A DNA stretch of 62,370 bases, the filler included. It is 4 parts of 4 records of this genome, joined end to end, with 100 filler letters (N's around TTAATTAATTAA, not from the genome) between each part and the next. Parts side by side here need not be neighbours in the genome. Positions count along the whole stretch, not along the records: positions 27,683 to 56,997 come from DRR723986_3034; 3 more parts are not named here. One strand, given 5' to 3'. Below are positions 36,724-46,945 of the stretch, piece by piece. Made by a program: the position numbers and the translations under genes. Numbering within the stretch: position 1 is the first letter of the stretch; the number at the start of each line of letters is the position of its first letter. The notes under the pieces are model-generated. The model did no database searches and was not told the DNA's origin. It worked only from the letters and a program-made list of their open reading frames with translations.

Positions 36724-38364
36724 ATGCCAGAGAATTCCGCCCCACCGCCCTTTTCCATTCCGCTTTACAGGCGGATCTGGGTGGCGAATGTTGCGTCCCA
36801 ATTCGGCAGTCTGATTCAGAGCGTTGGCGCGGCCTGGCTGATGGTGGAACTCGGGGGAACCAAGACGCAAATCGCCCTCGTGCAGGCGTCAGTCACCTTG
36901 CCCATCATGATCCTGGCGCTTCTCTCCGGCGCGATTGCAGACAATTATCCGCGGCGTCTTGTGATGCTCGCCTGCCAGAGCTGGATGTTCATTCTTTCGG
37001 TTGCACTATGTGTTTTCGCCTGGTTCGGGCACCTGACACCATGGGCCTTGCTCGGCTTCACTTTTCTGATCGGGTGCGGCACTGCCATGAACGCGCCCTC
37101 GTAGCAGGCAACCGTCGGCGATATTGTGCCACGTGGCACAATTGCCGGTGCCGTCGCGATGAACTCCATGGGCTTCAACATGGCCCGGACGGCAGGTCCG
37201 GCACTTGGTGGTGCAATCGTTGCGGCCTTTGGATCGGCCGCCGCATTCACGGTTAACGCCTTCAGCTATCTCGGGATCATCTGGGTCCTGTTCCGCTGGC
37301 GACCGGAGAAACCGACCCGGCCAAGTCTGCGCGAGCATCTGGGAACTGCGATGACAGCAGGCGTCCGTTACGTCGTCCTGTCCCCGCCCATCCGCCGGGT
37401 CCTTTTCCGGGCGACGCTATTTGGCTTTGCCGCGGCGAGCGTACCTTCGCTCCTGCCGCTTGTGGCAAGTCACCTTGTGGGCGGCAGTGCTGTGACCTTC
37501 GGCATCCTGTCGGGCTCCTTCGGGGTCGGCGCCGTCATGGGCGCGCTATCGAACCGGCCGGTACGGGCACGCCTCACGAATGAAGCGACGATCCGCCTGA
37601 CGGTATCGGCCATGATTGCAGGTGCCATCGTGATCGCACTCAGCCCCTGGCTCCTGCTCACCGTATTGGGACTGATCGTGTTTGGCTGGGGCTGGTTGCT
37701 CGCAATGGCAACCATGAACGTGACCGTACAGATGTCGGCACCACGCTGGGTGGTCGGACGCGCCCTGTCGCTCTACCAGATGTGCGTCTTCGGCACGATG
37801 GCCGCTGGAAGCTGGATGAGCGGCAGGCTCGCGGAACTGCACGGAATTGCAGAAGCGATCCTGATCATGGCGGCCATTCAGGCTGTCGGCCTTGTTGTGG
37901 GCTTTTTCATGCGCTTGCCGGAAGTGCAGGACCTGAACCTCGAACTTGTCGGCCGCTGGAAGGTTCCGGACGTGGAAGTGCCGGTCGAGCCGCGCGCAGG
38001 ACCTGTCCACATCGCTGTGCACTATCGCATCCGTGAGGACGACGTACCGCGGTTCCTGGCAGCCATGAATGAAAGCCGCCGCGTACGCCTCAGGGATGGG
38101 GCCCGCAATTGGGCCCTGGTTCGGGATCTAAGCGATCCGGAGGTCTGGATCGAAAAGTACCGGTTCGGACGCTGGATGGACTATGTCCTTCATAATGAAC
38201 GGCGCACCCATGCGGACAGGGACAATCTGATCATTCTGCACACGCTTCACCAGGGCAGTTGGCCACCACCCATTGTCCGAATGCTCGAGCGTCAGGTGAC
38301 GGGCGTGACGGTTGATCCGGACTTGTCCACAGAGACAACAAACGATCCGACACGCAGCGACTAG
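36724..38364 (+). pseudogene. MFS transporter (MFS_3/H+ antiporter type) with in-frame TAG at 37102-37104
   Basis: ORFs 36724-37104 and 37126-38364 are in the same frame; the junction reads NAPS*QATVGDIVPR where this family has AP.WQA. Confidence 0.85.
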
Positions 38365-38372
38365 AACCCAAG

Positions 38373-38804
38373 TCAGGCCGGGTGCGGTTCCTGGATGCTT
38401 TCAAGATAGGTGATCAACGCATCAATCTCATAAGGGCTGAGCACAAACATCGGCATGTCGGGGTGACCGACAACGATCCCTTCGGCGAGCGCTTCTTCGA
38501 GATTTCGCACCGGGTAGTTTTCGGACAGTTGCCGGAATGGTTTGGCGTCCTGATGAGGACTGTTACCGGTCGGCCCGGTCGCGTGACAGGTGGAACAGCG
38601 CGTTTCTGCGATCAGTTTGCCAACCTTGATCTTGCTGTCATAGGCAAACTGTTCCCCGTCCTCTTCTGGCTGAGGTGCGATAGTGACACTGTCTTCAGTA
38701 TCATCTGCCGGCATGGAACTGCATGCCGTCAAAATGGCAAAGCCTGCAAAAAGGCCTGAAGCGAGGTGTCCGGAGCGCCGCAAATACATGTGAGTCCCTT
38801 TCAT
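38373..38804 (-). CDS. Mono-heme c-type cytochrome, probable lipoprotein
   Basis: CSTCH heme motif, HPDMP axial Met, ILTAC lipobox. Confidence 0.88.
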   Translation of the reverse strand: MKGTHMYLRRSGHLASGLFAGFAILTACSSMPADDTEDSVTIAPQPEEDGEQFAYDSKIKVGKLIAETRCSTCHATGPTGNSPHQDAKPFRQLSENYPVRNLEEALAEGIVVGHPDMPMFVLSPYEIDALITYLESIQEPHPA

Positions 38805-38880
38805 TCAGTCGAGGTACTTTAGTCCTGCTTCGGGTGAACGCCTAGCATCACATCATTACACCCTTGAAAGGCCAGCACGA

Positions 38881-40605
38881 TCAGCAAGTGTCCGATGTAC
38901 ACCATGCACCTTCATGTACGGGCGTAAGAATGTCTTCTCCCCGGCTGCCTTGCCGGTACACCGTGCATCCTTTGAGCCCGAGATCGTAGGCAGTTCGATA
39001 GACCTTCTCAAACGCTTCAAAAGGCATTGCCGCATTGGCATTGATGGTCTTGGATATCGCATTGTCCACGAAATCCTGCGCTGTAGCCTGCATCGCCAGA
39101 TGGGCATCTGGTGACAACTCGCCCGCAGCAACAAATGCAGGCGGCAGACCATCCTCGCCCGTTTCCCGCCAGAGCCGGCAGGCAAAATCCTCCACAACTG
39201 TCGCATCAAACCCGCCATCGTCCCGGCGCATGCGCCGGCTGACCGATGACGCAAACACCGGCTCGACCCCAGCGGAAACATTGCCTGCCAGCAGACTGAT
39301 TGATCCGGTCGGCGCGATCGCAAGCAAATGGCTGTTGCGGATCCCATTTTTCTCAATTCTCTTCCTTATGAAGTCGGGAAGTCGCCTGGTGAAAGGGCGA
39401 TCCAGAAATTCCCCCTCTTTATACAGAGGGAAACTGCCCTTTTCTTCTGCAAGCCCCACAGACGCTTCATAAGCAGCATTGCGCATGGTTCCGAGGACAC
39501 GCGCGGCGAACTCCCGCCCATCATTGCTATCATAGGCAAGCCCCAGCATAATCAATGCGTCTGCCAGCCCGGTGATGCCAAGCCCGACACGGCGTCCCTG
39601 ATGAGCCTGCTGCGCCTGCTCCTCCAGAGGATAGTGCGAAACATCGAGCACGTTGTCCAGAAAACGCACACCCAGTCGGGTGGCCTCAGCGACGCCACTA
39701 AAATCAAAATCCGCTTCCGGCGTAAAAGGCCGGTGAATGAAGCGCGTCAGATTTACCGAGCCCAGATCGCATGCACCATGAGGCGGCAAAGGCACTTCCC
39801 CACAGGGATTGCAGGCATGAATCGTCTCCACATAACCGAGATTGTTTTCCCAGTTGATGCGATCGATAAACAAAACCCCCGGCTCACCCGTTTCAAAAGC
39901 CGCGCGGAGTATTTTTTCCCACAACGCCTTTGCCTTCAGAGTGCGGACGACTTTTCCTTCGAACAAAAGTGGCCACTCCGCATCCTCATCGACCGCATGA
40001 ATGAAATTGTCGCTGACGAGCACAGACACATTGAAGCGAGATAGCGCGCCGGCTTCTTTCTTTGCTTCGACAAAAGCCTCAATATCAGGGTGATCACAGC
40101 GTAGCACGGCCATCATTGCCCCCCGCCGAGCGCGATCTGCCGTCATGGTCTCACACATCGCATCCCAGAGCTGCATGAAGGAAACCGGGCCACTCGCAAT
40201 GTTCCCGGTACGAACTGCAGCCGCCCCGGCCGGCCGGATCGGTGAAAAGTCGAGACCTATTCCACCACCGGCCTGCAGCGTGATCGCACTTTCCCGCAGC
40301 GCCGAAAACAAACCGTCGATGGAATCGTCCAACTCCCCCATGACGAAGCAATTCAGCAAAGTCGCGTTTCGACCAGTCCCTGCATTGGCGAGGATTCGTC
40401 CCCCCGGCAGGAACCGGTAGTCCGACTGCAGTGCCATAAACCGATCGGCCCAGAAACTCTGGTCACGAAGTTCAGCCGAAGCGACTGCGGTCGCAACGCG
40501 ACTCCAGGTATTTTCAATAGACGCCTCGTCGCGGAACCTGTACTTTTTCAGCCAGATATCCCTTGAAATCGGCGCAGGCGGATTGGGAGGCGGCAATGAA
40601 TTCAT
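38881..40605 (-). CDS. nrdJ: Class II (adenosylcobalamin-dependent) ribonucleotide reductase, short form
   Basis: FLPGGRI, LLNCF, GGGIG.DFS, NPCGE finger loop, GACDLGS, IAPTGSISL, VDNAISKT, LKGCTVYR; AGGAGG RBS; no beta subunit nearby. Confidence 0.92.
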   Translation of the reverse strand: MNSLPPPNPPAPISRDIWLKKYRFRDEASIENTWSRVATAVASAELRDQSFWADRFMALQSDYRFLPGGRILANAGTGRNATLLNCFVMGELDDSIDGLFSALRESAITLQAGGGIGLDFSPIRPAGAAAVRTGNIASGPVSFMQLWDAMCETMTADRARRGAMMAVLRCDHPDIEAFVEAKKEAGALSRFNVSVLVSDNFIHAVDEDAEWPLLFEGKVVRTLKAKALWEKILRAAFETGEPGVLFIDRINWENNLGYVETIHACNPCGEVPLPPHGACDLGSVNLTRFIHRPFTPEADFDFSGVAEATRLGVRFLDNVLDVSHYPLEEQAQQAHQGRRVGLGITGLADALIMLGLAYDSNDGREFAARVLGTMRNAAYEASVGLAEEKGSFPLYKEGEFLDRPFTRRLPDFIRKRIEKNGIRNSHLLAIAPTGSISLLAGNVSAGVEPVFASSVSRRMRRDDGGFDATVVEDFACRLWRETGEDGLPPAFVAAGELSPDAHLAMQATAQDFVDNAISKTINANAAMPFEAFEKVYRTAYDLGLKGCTVYRQGSRGEDILTPVHEGAWCTSDTC

Positions 40606-40628
40606 TCCTGCCAACCTCCTTTAAGACT

Positions 40629-41084
40629 TCAGGACAACTCGTCTGGTGGCGAATACCCCATCGCCTCCAGCGCATTCTCAATGTAGTCACTGCCCATCTG
40701 CAACTCTTCCAGATAGTCTGTGACATCAAAAGGTTCAGCCTCGCGCGCCGCGCGGCGAGCCGATGCCCAGTCCCGGGCCTCATAGTCACCCCGCCCAACC
40801 CAAATGAGCGCAAGCAGGTCATGCTTGGCATCGACATTGAGTCCACGGATCAGCCCCTCAAGCTCATCATCGAGCTGGTTTGCATGAGGCTTCTCTGCCT
40901 CATCAGCAATGGCATCGACATCCGTGATCGGATCATCACCGATATCACTATCGACCACATCGTCTTCTTCCATCGGCATGAGGCCCTCGCCCTGATAGGA
41001 CTGAGCAAGTACAGCGATCCGGTATGCGACCTCCGGATCAATTGTCAGGTCAAAGGCGCGATCGCCCTGCGCAATTTTTCTCAT
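40629..41084 (-). CDS. DUF3775 domain protein
   Basis: Acidic N-terminus and LLALIWVGRGDY...W..A...A...YL signature. Confidence 0.8.
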   Translation of the reverse strand: MRKIAQGDRAFDLTIDPEVAYRIAVLAQSYQGEGLMPMEEDDVVDSDIGDDPITDVDAIADEAEKPHANQLDDELEGLIRGLNVDAKHDLLALIWVGRGDYEARDWASARRAAREAEPFDVTDYLEELQMGSDYIENALEAMGYSPPDELS

Positions 41085-41094
41085 TCGAGCCCCC

Positions 41095-41934
41095 TCAGTG
41101 CGACAAGAGCAGAGGCACTTTAGCCTCGCGCAAAAGAGTACGGGTCACCCCCGGCAAGAACGCCTGCTGCAGACGAGAGTGACGGTATCCACCCATTACG
41201 ATCAAATCTGCATCGAAGGAGGTCGCGACATCCAACAGCGCATCAGCCGTGGAACGCCCAATGCTGTCCTCGTTGCGGACTTCGACATCTCCGACATGCC
41301 GTGCAAGGTGTGCGCCGACATCCCAAGCTGGGCCAGCCCCGTGGCTGGTATCGCCTGGCTTCGCATCAACTGTCGCAATGCAGACTTTGGCATCGTCTTT
41401 CATGAGCAGCAGGCTGTCATGCATGGCCCGGGTGGCTTCCCGGCTTGCATCCCACGCGATCATCGCCCGCTCACCGACCGTTGTACCTGACCAATTCTCC
41501 GGCACGATCAGCACTGGGCGTCCCCCGCCCAGCAACACGCCTTCCAGCATATCCGCATGAGGCTGTTCGTCGGATTTTCCCGGTGCGCGCACAATTACAA
41601 TATCGGCGTGACGGGCATTCATCGCGGAGAGAGCTTCGACACGGTTCGGAAACGCCTCGAAATGGCGCATTTCCACTGGCGGGTCCTGAGCGTTCAGACC
41701 TTCTTCAAATTTGGCCCAGGCACCAGACATTGTATCCCGCGTCTGCTGGAGTATTGATGCGTAAACCTCACCGGCCGATCCATCTCCATAACCTAGGATC
41801 ATCGGCGGCAATACTGTGAAAGCTGCGCAACTCAGATGCGCGTTGTGGGCCGAGGCGAGTGCCTGTGCGAAATCGAATGCGGCCTTGTCACCGTCAGGTG
41901 ACGCCATGCAGACGCTGATATCCTTGATGTTCAC
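41095..41934 (-). CDS. Universal stress protein (tandem USP domains)
   Basis: GRPVLIVP, IAWDASREATRA, ADLIVMGGYRHSR, GVTRTLL, PLLLSH; GTG start after GGAGA. Confidence 0.93.
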   Translation of the reverse strand: MNIKDISVCMASPDGDKAAFDFAQALASAHNAHLSCAAFTVLPPMILGYGDGSAGEVYASILQQTRDTMSGAWAKFEEGLNAQDPPVEMRHFEAFPNRVEALSAMNARHADIVIVRAPGKSDEQPHADMLEGVLLGGGRPVLIVPENWSGTTVGERAMIAWDASREATRAMHDSLLLMKDDAKVCIATVDAKPGDTSHGAGPAWDVGAHLARHVGDVEVRNEDSIGRSTADALLDVATSFDADLIVMGGYRHSRLQQAFLPGVTRTLLREAKVPLLLSH

Positions 41935-42071
41935 TTGAAATCTCCATTTCTGGTAAATTCGGTATTCTGACACACCATAGCGCAAAATCGTTCTATTCAA
42001 TACGCGTCCCTACGTAGCACAACCTTCTGCAATTGCTGGTTATAATAGAGCCGTCAGGGTAGGAATTCATT

Positions 42072-42815
42072 ATGACCTCTTCCTCCTCCCATCAGCAAAC
42101 GTCCGCCGATCCGGAAATTTTGCTTGAAGGTAAAGGACTGGAACGTACGTTCCTGACCGGTGAGGTGGCCGTTCGCGCGTTGCGCGGGGTCGACATTTCC
42201 CTGACGCGCGGCGAACTGGTTGTCCTGCTCGGCCATTCAGGCAGCGGGAAATCCACTCTTCTCAATATCCTTGGCGGTCTGGACAGGGCAACATCCGGCA
42301 CGCTCAGGTTTGAAGACAAGGACCTGTCCCACGCAACCGACGCAGAGCTGACCCGGTACCGTCGCCGGTCTGTGGGATTTGTGTTCCAGTTCTACAATCT
42401 TGTTGCGGGCCTCACCGCCCGGGAAAATGTCGCGCTGGTGACCGAGATCGCCAATCACCCAATGCAACCGGATGAAGCGCTCGAGCTTGTTGGTCTGGGT
42501 GACCGGGTCAAGCACTTCCCGGCACAACTTTCCGGTGGCGAACAGCAGCGTGTGGCGGTCGCACGGGCAATCGCCAAACGCCCGCAGGTTCTGTTTTGCG
42601 ACGAACCGACCGGTGCACTGGATAGCCAGACTGGCATCCGAGTTCTTGAGGCTTTGGACCGGGTGAACCGGGAACTGTCCACGACCATGCTGATCATTAC
42701 CCACAATGTTGGCATCGGGGAGATCGCCGACCGGGTTCTGCGCATGCAGGATGGAGAGATCATCGAAGAGACCCGGCCAAACCGCCGCCTGAAACCCTCG
42801 GAGATCTCCTGGTGA
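42072..42815 (+). CDS. ABC ATP-binding protein (LolD/MacB type)
   Basis: [39 protein letters not shown]. Confidence 0.95.
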   Translation: MTSSSSHQQTSADPEILLEGKGLERTFLTGEVAVRALRGVDISLTRGELVVLLGHSGSGKSTLLNILGGLDRATSGTLRFEDKDLSHATDAELTRYRRRSVGFVFQFYNLVAGLTARENVALVTEIANHPMQPDEALELVGLGDRVKHFPAQLSGGEQQRVAVARAIAKRPQVLFCDEPTGALDSQTGIRVLEALDRVNRELSTTMLIITHNVGIGEIADRVLRMQDGEIIEETRPNRRLKPSEISW

Positions 42816-45184
42816 AGGGCCTGTCACCTCTCAATATCAAGCTGCTGCGCGATATCTGGCACATGCGCGGACAGGCGATCGCGGTCGGTATCATCGTGGC
42901 CTGTGGCGTCGCCATTATGGTGATGGCGCTCGGCACACTCAGCACGCTCAGCGCCAGCCGCGATGCCTATTACGAGCGTTACCGCTTCGCAGATGTGTTT
43001 GCATCAGTTCGCCGTGCCCCAGAAAGCGCTGCGTCACGCCTCCGCGAAATTGACGGTGTGCAGACGGTCGAAACGCGCATCGTTCGGCTTGTTATCCTTC
43101 GTATCGAAAATGTCGACGAGCCTGCGAATGCGCAGATCGTCTCCATTCCTGACGACAGCGACAGCATTCTGAACAAGATTGTGCTGTTCCACGGCCGTTT
43201 TCCTGAGCCTCGCTCGCCAGATGAGATCATCATCTCGAATGCATTTGCCGAAGCAAACGAGCTCCAGCCTGGGGATGCGATTGAAGCCATCATGAACGGG
43301 CGTCTGCGTACCCTTACCATCGTCGGAATCGGCGATAGTCCAGAGTTCATTTATGCGCTTGGACCAGGCACCCTCCTGCCTGACGATCGCCTGTTCGGTA
43401 TTTTCTGGATGCGCCGGCGGGCGCTCGAAGCCGCATTCGATCTTGATGGCGCGTTCAACAATGTCAGCCTTACGGTGGCGCCAGGCACCGACACAACGAC
43501 CATGATCGATCAAGTGGATGATGTTCTCGCCCCTTATGGCGGAACAGGAGCGTTCGACCGCCCTGATCAATTGTCGAATGCATTCGTGGACTCCGAAATG
43601 AACCAGCTGAAAACCATGGCGCGGATCATTCCTGCCGTCTTCCTGATCGTGTCAGCGGTCCTGATACATTCCATACTGAACCGGTTGATCCAGACGGAAC
43701 GCCAGCAGATCGGCCTGATCAAAGCATTCGGGTATTCGCGAAGTGAAATCACATGGCATTACCTGAAGTTTGCCATCGCCATCACGACCGGCGGCGTTCT
43801 GGCAGGGTTTGCGCTGGGTTTTGTCCTTCAGAATCTGATCACAAATTTGTACGCCGAAACATTCCGCATCCCGGACCTCACCTGGCGTGTGGATGCGTTT
43901 GCTCTTGTCGCTGGCTCGGTAGCAGCACTTGGATCGGCCATTGTCGGCTCCATGAGCGCAGCGCTTGGCGCAGCAAAGCTGTCTCCAGCCGAAGCCATGC
44001 AACCCGCACCACCTGTAAATTACCAGCAAAGCTGGCTGCGCTATGTGTTGCAAATGCACTGGCTGGATGAGCCGACCCGCCTGATCCTTCGCCACATCTT
44101 CAGATTCCCCGCCCGAACGGCAGCAAACCTGTTCGGTATCGCAGCGGCAGTGACCTTACTCATCAGCACACTCTTCACCTTCGATGCCATCGACGACATG
44201 ATTGAGCAGATGTTCTTTCGCACGAATGCGCACGATGCGGCGGTGACGTTCTTCGAGGCGCGCAATGAAGCGGCGGTTTCGGAACTGTCGCGGCTCCCCG
44301 GAGTGATGGCAGCAGAAGGCGTTCGTGACGTGCCTGCGCGACTGGTATCTGGATACCGTTCAGAACGGGTCAGCATCACCGGCCTGACTGCAGATGCGCA
44401 ATTAAGGCGCGTCCTGTCTTCAGACGGACGGTATGTCGACATGCCATCCACCGGAATTGTCCTGTCTTCCCAGTTGGCAGGAATGCTGGACATCACTACC
44501 GGGGATACAATAACAGCGCATATCCTGGATGCGACCCGGCCAGTGGTCGATCTTCCCGTGACAGCAATTATCGATGAGTACGTTGGAACCCCGGCCTTCA
44601 TGGACATCGGCGCCATGAATGCTCTTTTGGATCAACCACCAACAGTGTCCGGCGCTTACCTGAAGCTTGACCCCAAGCGGCAAAATGAATTCGAAGTTAG
44701 CGTCATCCAGCGCCCCGGCATCGCCGGAGTCTCGCTTCGAGCAGCTGCTATAGCATCTTTTGAAGAGACGCTGCAGGAAACAATTTACATCATGATGGGA
44801 ATTTATGCCGTGATCGGTGGAGCGATCGCCGCAGGCGTTGTCTATAATGCCGCGCGCATCAGCCTTACCGAGCGAGGACGGGAGTTAGCCAGCTTGCGGG
44901 TTCTGGGCTTTACCAACAATGAGGTCGGCTACATCTTGCTTGGAGAGCTGGCAATTGTGGCGTTGATCGGAATCCCCTTGGGATGCATCAGCGGAATCGC
45001 TCTTGCCCACCTGATTGCAACAGCCATGGCGACCGAACTCTACAGAATACCCGTCACCGTAAATCCATCGACACTCGGCATCGCGGCTTTGATTGTCCTG
45101 GTATCCTCCACGATCGCTGCACTGTTCGTTGTCCGCAGGGTCCGGTCGCTGGATCTTATCGCTGTACTGAAGACGAGAGAATGA
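42812..45184 (+). CDS. FtsX/MacB-like ABC permease (duplicated)
   Basis: [19 protein letters not shown] and [13 protein letters not shown] repeats; 790 aa. Confidence 0.92.
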   Translation: MKGLSPLNIKLLRDIWHMRGQAIAVGIIVACGVAIMVMALGTLSTLSASRDAYYERYRFADVFASVRRAPESAASRLREIDGVQTVETRIVRLVILRIENVDEPANAQIVSIPDDSDSILNKIVLFHGRFPEPRSPDEIIISNAFAEANELQPGDAIEAIMNGRLRTLTIVGIGDSPEFIYALGPGTLLPDDRLFGIFWMRRRALEAAFDLDGAFNNVSLTVAPGTDTTTMIDQVDDVLAPYGGTGAFDRPDQLSNAFVDSEMNQLKTMARIIPAVFLIVSAVLIHSILNRLIQTERQQIGLIKAFGYSRSEITWHYLKFAIAITTGGVLAGFALGFVLQNLITNLYAETFRIPDLTWRVDAFALVAGSVAALGSAIVGSMSAALGAAKLSPAEAMQPAPPVNYQQSWLRYVLQMHWLDEPTRLILRHIFRFPARTAANLFGIAAAVTLLISTLFTFDAIDDMIEQMFFRTNAHDAAVTFFEARNEAAVSELSRLPGVMAAEGVRDVPARLVSGYRSERVSITGLTADAQLRRVLSSDGRYVDMPSTGIVLSSQLAGMLDITTGDTITAHILDATRPVVDLPVTAIIDEYVGTPAFMDIGAMNALLDQPPTVSGAYLKLDPKRQNEFEVSVIQRPGIAGVSLRAAAIASFEETLQETIYIMMGIYAVIGGAIAAGVVYNAARISLTERGRELASLRVLGFTNNEVGYILLGELAIVALIGIPLGCISGIALAHLIATAMATELYRIPVTVNPSTLGIAALIVLVSSTIAALFVVRRVRSLDLIAVLKTRE

Positions 45185-46419
45185 AGATGCCATCAGTCCG
45201 CATGCGAATCTGGTTCGGTATGGCTGCATTGGCTGCCTTGGGCTTTGCCTGGGCATTTTCACCGCGCGCCATAGAAGTTGATGCCGCCTACGTCACACGG
45301 GATGACATGACTGTCACCGTCTCGGATGATGGTATGACGAGGGTTCGCGACGTATTCATTCTTTCCGCGCCCCTCGACGGAACAATGTCCCGAGTGGAGG
45401 TTGAGCCGGGCGATTATGTACAAGCAGGCGAAACTGTTGTCTCCACGATCCGGCCATTGCTTCCTCCCTTGCTACCCGCTCGCACAACCGCCCAGCTCAA
45501 ATCCAACGTGTCATCGGCAGAAGCAGCGCTGACCGCCGCACGCGCAGACGCAGAACGCTTTCGCGCAGAACACAATCGCCTGAAGCGGGACCTTGACCGT
45601 GCAAAGCGACTATTGGAGTCCGCCACCGTTTCGCAACAGGCTGTCGACAATGCTGAAGCCGCGGAACGAGAGGGATATCTAGCCCTTCGTTCAAGCGAAG
45701 CCGTTATTGGCGTTCGCCGTCAGGAACTCGCCGCAGCCCGCGCAGCCCTGATGCCCAGCGAAACCCAGAACGGCAGCGACACAGTCGCAGTCATCGCTCC
45801 CCTGTCGGGACAAATCCTTGCCGTTGATCGCGAAAGCGAAGGTCCCATCGCTCAGGGCACCCCCATTGTCGAGATCGGGGATCTGAATTCCCTTGAGTGC
45901 GTTGCCGACTTTCTTTCGGAGGAGGCCGTTCGCGTGAAGCCGGGAGACCCGGTTATGTTTACCGATTGGGGAGGGCCGCCTCTGCCTGGCCGGGTGCGCC
46001 GTGTCGAACCGGCCGGCTTCACCAAGGTCTCCGCGCTTGGGATCGAAGAGCAGCGCGTCAACATAGTCATGGACCTGAATGATCCCGCTGCGCGGCAGAA
46101 TCTAGGTCATGGCTACCGATTCGTAGCAAACATAGCGGTTTGGGAAGGCGGCAACCGTTTGGTTGTCCCAATGTCGGCCTTGTTTCGAGACGCCGATGGC
46201 TGGGCGGTTTTTGTGGTTGCCAACGGCCGGGCGGAATGGCGAAGCGTCTCGGTCGGTCACACCAACCGGACATATGCAGATATTCTTGACGGTCTGGAAG
46301 AAGGAACCCGCGTGGTTGTTCACCCACCCCGACAGCTGGAGCGCGGTGCGAAAGTGAAGATACGTACAGCCCCCAAAAGCAACCGCCCCATAGACAATGC
46401 GTCTGCCGCAACGGGTTGA
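45181..46419 (+). CDS. Efflux periplasmic adaptor (MacA/HlyD family)
   Basis: N-terminal TM, coiled hairpin, VEPAGFTKVSALGIEEQRV, VPMSALF; ATGA overlap. Confidence 0.92.
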   Translation: MKMPSVRMRIWFGMAALAALGFAWAFSPRAIEVDAAYVTRDDMTVTVSDDGMTRVRDVFILSAPLDGTMSRVEVEPGDYVQAGETVVSTIRPLLPPLLPARTTAQLKSNVSSAEAALTAARADAERFRAEHNRLKRDLDRAKRLLESATVSQQAVDNAEAAEREGYLALRSSEAVIGVRRQELAAARAALMPSETQNGSDTVAVIAPLSGQILAVDRESEGPIAQGTPIVEIGDLNSLECVADFLSEEAVRVKPGDPVMFTDWGGPPLPGRVRRVEPAGFTKVSALGIEEQRVNIVMDLNDPAARQNLGHGYRFVANIAVWEGGNRLVVPMSALFRDADGWAVFVVANGRAEWRSVSVGHTNRTYADILDGLEEGTRVVVHPPRQLERGAKVKIRTAPKSNRPIDNASAATG

Positions 46420-46502
46420 AAGCCCTTCCGGAAAGTTACGCATCGCCTTCGTCCACTGTGTGCCGTATTCTTCTGAGCGGAAAGACAAAAAGGGAGAGAA
46501 TA

Positions 46503-46940
46503 ATGCACCTCAGAAATGGAGATTGGGTCGTCGTCTGCGATGCAGGCAAATATGTTGTTTATGAAAACCAGGGTGATACGGACCGGCTGGATCTGCGCAT
46601 CATCAGTTTTGACGACCACATCAATCCGCCCACACGTGAACAGGGAACAGACAAGCCGGGGCGCATGCCCGGACCGGGTGGTCAGAGCTCTTCTGTTGGC
46701 AATACCGACTGGCATGAACAAGAGGAAAAGCGCTTCATCGGAGCGCTGGCAACGCAGATGGATGGATGGGCAACGGCCGAGCCTGCGCGACGGTTTGTGC
46801 TAGTGGCAGATCCACGGTCCATGGGAACGCTCCGCCAGAAGCTGAATGAGCACACGCTGAGCCGGATCGAGCAATCAGTGACCGGTGATCACGCTCATCG
46901 CCCGGTTGCGGACATTGAGGCGCTGATCAACAAAGTCTGA
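46503..46940 (+). CDS. Host-attachment (AtsE)/baeRF12-like protein, eRF1-domain superfamily
   Basis: WVVVCDAGK...N, TDKPGR, DWHEQEE.RF, LVADPRSMG.LR; GGGAGA RBS. Confidence 0.85.
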   Translation: MHLRNGDWVVVCDAGKYVVYENQGDTDRLDLRIISFDDHINPPTREQGTDKPGRMPGPGGQSSSVGNTDWHEQEEKRFIGALATQMDGWATAEPARRFVLVADPRSMGTLRQKLNEHTLSRIEQSVTGDHAHRPVADIEALINKV

Positions 46941-46945
46941 GGGTC

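Noticed and set aside
37102..37104. Programmed amber read-through (pyrrolysine or recoding)
   Set aside because: No pyl genes in the window, TAG is used as a normal stop elsewhere on this contig, and the site corresponds to a Trp one base away.
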